From assembly GCA_031430855.1 (NCBI GenBank), contig JANPCG010000013.1, positions 26,347 to 90,346 of the forward strand: a DNA stretch of 64,000 nt, read 5' to 3'. This stretch comes from Candidatus Kaiserbacteria bacterium. Lineage in GTDB: Bacteria > Patescibacteriota > Minisyncoccia > Phycocordibacterales > UBA918. The position numbers were made by a program, and so were the translations under genes. The stretch's first letter is position 1; the number at the start of each line of letters is the position of its first letter. Below the pieces are notes generated by a model. The model did no database searches. It saw nothing but the letters and a program-made list of their open reading frames with translations, and had not been told where the DNA came from. Shown here in pieces: positions 59,847-64,000 of the stretch.

Positions 59847-61073
59847 ATGTTTAGGCCCTTCCGCTCAAAAACAGCCGATCACTCACCCGCAGCTCGGGTG
59901 TATTTAGATTATGCGTCAGCGACGCCGGTTTTGCCTGAAGTGATACAAGCCATGAGTCATTTCTGGTCGGAAGACTTTGGGAATGCGAGTGCGATTCATA
60001 GCGAAGGAGTGCGCGCCAAAACAGCGTTAATTCATGCCCGCGAAGCAGTGGCTAAAATACTCCAAGTTAAGCCTGACGGGATTACATTTACGAGCGGGGG
60101 GACTGAAAGTAATAACTTGGCTATCGTCGGTACGATTGAGCGTGTGCGTACAGAGGGTGTGCCATACTCCGACATGGAAATTATCACGACGCGTCTCGAA
60201 CATCCAGCCACGCTAAAAACAGTCGCTGCGCTTGAGTGTAAAGGAGTTACAGTGCGCTATGCACCAGTAGATGAGCGTGGACGAATCATTTTGGCTGAGT
60301 TTACTGAATTGCTGTCACTGCGCACCCGGATAGTCACCGTTGCCTATGTGAATAGTGAAATCGGCACTATTGAAGACATTGGTGCATTACATCGTCTCAT
60401 TGCCGCTAAGCGGCGTGAGGGGGGAACGGCGGCACTACTTCATGTTGATGCTGCTCAGGCACCGATGTGGCTCCCGTGCGAATTGCCTCGCCTGGGAGCG
60501 GACCTTCTTTCCCTCGATTCCGGAAAATTTGGTGGACCGAAAGGCGTTGGTATTTTAGCGCACGGTAAAGGTGTCGCAGTTGAGGCGGTTGTGTATGGCG
60601 GTGGACAGGAGGCAGGGCTTCGTCCTGGTACGGAAGCGGTTCCTCTCATTGTCGGATGCTCTACTGCTTTAGAGATTGTTCAGGCATGTTGGAAAGAGCG
60701 TCAAGAAGCAGTCTCACGTCTACGGGACGACGCAATCAAAGCGTTGCAAAATGCGATTCCAGGACTGTTTCTAAATGGCGCCCGAGGTGAAGAGCGCGTA
60801 GCAAACAATATTAATATTTCTATCCCGGGGCTCAGTAGTGAATTTGCGGTCATAAGTCTCGACGTAGCCGGGATTGCCTGTAGTACAAAAAGTGCCTGTA
60901 GTGCCGCCGGTGGTGGTGAGAGTACGGTGGTAAAAGCAGTAACGGGGGATAGTGCTCGCGCTGCTTCTACTTTGCGTTTTACTCTTGGTCCAGACACTAC
61001 AACTGCACAAATTAATCAGATGATAGTAGTACTTAAAACACATGCTGAATCCCAAAAAAGTACAATAGTATAA
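59847..61073 (+). CDS. Cysteine desulfurase (IscS/NifS family)
   Basis: YLDYASATP, FTSGGTESNN, HVDAAQ, SGKFGGPKG (PLP Lys), STKSACS. Confidence 0.9.
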   Translation: MFRPFRSKTADHSPAARVYLDYASATPVLPEVIQAMSHFWSEDFGNASAIHSEGVRAKTALIHAREAVAKILQVKPDGITFTSGGTESNNLAIVGTIERVRTEGVPYSDMEIITTRLEHPATLKTVAALECKGVTVRYAPVDERGRIILAEFTELLSLRTRIVTVAYVNSEIGTIEDIGALHRLIAAKRREGGTAALLHVDAAQAPMWLPCELPRLGADLLSLDSGKFGGPKGVGILAHGKGVAVEAVVYGGGQEAGLRPGTEAVPLIVGCSTALEIVQACWKERQEAVSRLRDDAIKALQNAIPGLFLNGARGEERVANNINISIPGLSSEFAVISLDVAGIACSTKSACSAAGGGESTVVKAVTGDSARAASTLRFTLGPDTTTAQINQMIVVLKTHAESQKSTIV

Positions 61074-61196
61074 TTTTGACAGGGTCACAATTTTGTTGTA
61101 ATATATTAGCACCGTATTGATACCGGTCTACTATCTCCAGTTTTGGAATAAATCATCGTCACTCTGCGTAGTAAGTATCGTATAATCATTAGAGTC

Positions 61197-63911
61197 ATGC
61201 CAAATTTTCACAACTTCACATCAAAAGCAAAAGAAGCTATCCGCAAAGCCCATGAACTCGCCATTGAGCGTGGTCAAAACCATGTCAGTCCGGTCCATCT
61301 CCTCACTGCACTTTCGATGCAGGATGAGAGTATGGTAATTTCAGTTCTCGATAAACTTGATATAGATATCATTGCCTTTACTGACTTCTTATTAGAAGCG
61401 CTTGAAGGAGCTGAATCACAGTCAACGATTTCGCAGTCGTACCAACTCTACCTCACTCCTGAACTGGCGAAAGCGCTTGAGCATTCAGGTCAACTTGCCG
61501 AACAGCTCGGGGACTCATACGTTGGAGTTGAACATCTCTTTTTAGCAACGCTTGAACACCCAGGTCCGGCAAGTGAAATTATGTTGCGGGTGGGAATCGA
61601 TAAAACTCGGGTCATGAATGTTATCAAAGAGATTCGTGAACATCGCGTCACAGATGCTCAGAGTCCAAAGAAATTCCGAGCGCTTACAAAGTACACGCGC
61701 AACCTCACGAAGCTCGCACAAGACAATAAGCTTGATCCTGTAATTGGACGTGACGCTGAAGTACAGCGTGTCATTCAAATACTGTCGCGTCGTACTAAAA
61801 ATAACCCGGTCCTCATTGGAGAGGCGGGGGTAGGTAAAACGGCGATTGCTGAAGGCTTGGCACAGCAAATTGTGCAAGGTCAAGTCCCAGAATCAATCAA
61901 AGGGAAAGAAATCCTCTCGCTTGACCTTGGTCTCTTAGTAGCGGGGACAAAATTCCGTGGTGAATTTGAAGAGCGTCTCAAAGCAGTCATGAAAGAAGTA
62001 GAATCTGCCCAAGGCATGATCATTCTTTTTATTGATGAGCTCCATACCATTGTGGGTGCTGGTTCAGCCGAAGGATCTATGGATGCGTCAAATATGCTCA
62101 AGCCGGCGTTAGCGCGCGGTGAAATGCGCGTCATTGGCGCGACGACTCTCAAGGAATACCAAAAGCATATTGAACGTGACCCCGCCCTTACCCGACGTTT
62201 CCAGCCTGTGTATGTGAACGAGCCGAGTCAAGAAGATGCGATTGCTATCCTCCGTGGTATTGCAGAGAAATACGAACTCTTCCACGGCGTGCGCATTACT
62301 GATGATGCTATTGTCGCGGCAGTAAATCTTTCTTCACGCTACATTACTGACCGTTTTTTGCCTGATAAGGCAATTGACCTCATTGACGAAGCCGCTTCGG
62401 CACTCCGTATTTCGCTTGAAAATAAGCCGGATGAGTTAGTGGCTGCTGATCGTTTGATTACACGGCTCGAAATCGAACGTGAAGCCTTAAAGAAAGAGGA
62501 GGGCACTACTGAGCAGAAAAAGAAAATCAAAGACCGACTCAAAGAAATAGTGAGTGAAATTGGTGAACTGAAAGAAACGACGTCAGCCCTTGAAACGAAA
62601 TGGAATAATGAAAGAGAAGCTTTGGGTGAAATTAGTCGACTGAAAAAAGAATTAGAGGAACTTCGACTCGAGGCAGAAAGTGCCGAAGCGATGGCAGACC
62701 TCACCCGGGCGGCCGAAATCCGATATGACTCAATCCCGTCAGTCGAGCGAGAATTGGAAGTAAAGATTAAACGACTCAAGAAACTCCAGCGCAGTCGTCG
62801 TCTCCTCAAAGAAGAGGTGACCGAAGAAGAAATTGCAGGAGTCGTATCACGTTGGACGGGAATTCCGGTATCGCGGATGCTTGAAGCGGAGGCGAAAAAA
62901 TTAGCGCGTATGGAAGAAGACCTTAAAGAGAAGGTCGTGGGGCAAGATGCGGCAATTCAGTTGGTAGCAAACGCCGTGAAGCGGTCGCGTGCCGGAATTG
63001 CTGATCCTAATCGTCCGATTGGCTCGTTCTTATTCCTCGGTCCTACCGGAGTCGGTAAGACGGAACTTTCACGAGCGGTCGCACAATTTATGTTTAATGA
63101 CCCCGACGCTCTGTTGCGAATCGATATGTCTGAGTTCATGGAGAAACATTCCGTTTCTAAAATTATTGGTTCACCACCTGGATACGTCGGTCACGAAGAG
63201 GGAGGTAACTTTGCGGAACGAGTCCGACACCGACCATATTCAGTTATTCTTCTTGATGAGATTGAAAAGGCACATCCTGAGGTATTTAACATTCTCTTGC
63301 AGGTATTAGACTCTGGTCACTTAACTGATGCGAAGGGTCGAAAAATTAACTTCCGCAACACGGTCATTATCATGACCTCAAACATCGGGGCGGAACACAT
63401 TGACCGCATGTCAAACTTTGGCTTTGCGACCGACCGCGGTGCAGCGGCACAGTACACCCAAGCCAAGGATAAAGTTACCGAAAGTCTCAAGCATTTCTTC
63501 CGGCCGGAGTTTCTCAATCGTCTCGATGAGATTATTATCTTTGATATTCTCTCACCAGAAACTATTCGAAATATTGTCGGTATCCAAGTCGGTGAAGTAA
63601 TGGAACGACTCCGCCGAAAAGAAATCGCCCTCTCGATCAGTGATGAGGTCCTCGATTACTTGGCGCGCGAAGGGTATGATCCAAAATTTGGAGCACGACC
63701 ACTCAAGCGAGTAATTCAAAGCAAAATCCTGACCCCGGTTGCAACCATGATGGTAGAAGAAGGGATGCTGCGTGGTGGTACCGTACGAGTTGATATGAAG
63801 AAAGGCGAACTAAGTTTTGAAGTCAAGAAGCGCGCTCGAACTGCGCGAGAAGCGGGCGCCATTAAAAAAGGTTTTAAGAAATCTATCCCAACCAACGTGT
63901 CGCAGGGATAG
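61197..63911 (+). CDS. clpB: ATP-dependent chaperone ClpB
   Basis: Clp N-domain, two AAA+ modules ([16 protein letters not shown]), long M-domain coiled coil with AAEIRY. Confidence 0.93.
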   Translation: MPNFHNFTSKAKEAIRKAHELAIERGQNHVSPVHLLTALSMQDESMVISVLDKLDIDIIAFTDFLLEALEGAESQSTISQSYQLYLTPELAKALEHSGQLAEQLGDSYVGVEHLFLATLEHPGPASEIMLRVGIDKTRVMNVIKEIREHRVTDAQSPKKFRALTKYTRNLTKLAQDNKLDPVIGRDAEVQRVIQILSRRTKNNPVLIGEAGVGKTAIAEGLAQQIVQGQVPESIKGKEILSLDLGLLVAGTKFRGEFEERLKAVMKEVESAQGMIILFIDELHTIVGAGSAEGSMDASNMLKPALARGEMRVIGATTLKEYQKHIERDPALTRRFQPVYVNEPSQEDAIAILRGIAEKYELFHGVRITDDAIVAAVNLSSRYITDRFLPDKAIDLIDEAASALRISLENKPDELVAADRLITRLEIEREALKKEEGTTEQKKKIKDRLKEIVSEIGELKETTSALETKWNNEREALGEISRLKKELEELRLEAESAEAMADLTRAAEIRYDSIPSVERELEVKIKRLKKLQRSRRLLKEEVTEEEIAGVVSRWTGIPVSRMLEAEAKKLARMEEDLKEKVVGQDAAIQLVANAVKRSRAGIADPNRPIGSFLFLGPTGVGKTELSRAVAQFMFNDPDALLRIDMSEFMEKHSVSKIIGSPPGYVGHEEGGNFAERVRHRPYSVILLDEIEKAHPEVFNILLQVLDSGHLTDAKGRKINFRNTVIIMTSNIGAEHIDRMSNFGFATDRGAAAQYTQAKDKVTESLKHFFRPEFLNRLDEIIIFDILSPETIRNIVGIQVGEVMERLRRKEIALSISDEVLDYLAREGYDPKFGARPLKRVIQSKILTPVATMMVEEGMLRGGTVRVDMKKGELSFEVKKRARTAREAGAIKKGFKKSIPTNVSQG

Positions 63912-63923
63912 GTACAGAAAGAA

Positions 63924-63970
63924 ACATTAAAAAACACCATCCTCTTGCGGGGGATGGTGTTTTTTAATGA
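63924..63970 (+). terminator. Intrinsic terminator after clpB
   Basis: cattaaaaaacaccatcc...ggatggtgttttttaatg. Confidence 0.75.
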
Positions 63971-64000
63971 TTACAGTTTCTTAAATTGCGCAAAGACCAA

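Overview
A 64-kb core-genome stretch from a small-genome bacterium. It is most likely Patescibacteria/CPR (Parcubacteria-like); this is inferred from the short IF-2 and ValRS, tandem pilin-like genes, a HisRS-like paralog and few SD motifs. It carries housekeeping genes (lepA, valS, tsaD, glmS, ftsA/ftsZ, ybeY, rpsU, lepB, pth, rpsA, gyrA, rbfA, infB, clpB, murJ, mltG), a Fur/ZIP/MgtE metal cluster, RNase P RNA and 9 tRNAs. The most striking signal is non-coding. Downstream of 8 of the 9 tRNAs, and after ftsZ and lepA, lie modular palindromic elements. In the fuller cases the target's 3' end is followed by an inverted copy of itself, often split by a 25-nt hairpin with a variable 9-bp stem and a fixed CTGC loop. 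Then come a conserved hairpin module and a direct duplicate of the target 3' end. At ftsZ the duplicate re-encodes the last 11 residues with 9 synonymous codon changes. No transposase, integrase or RT is encoded in the window. Also noted: a candidate aromatic-codon leader-peptide attenuator upstream of valS, candidate sRNAs, and many apparently leaderless core genes.
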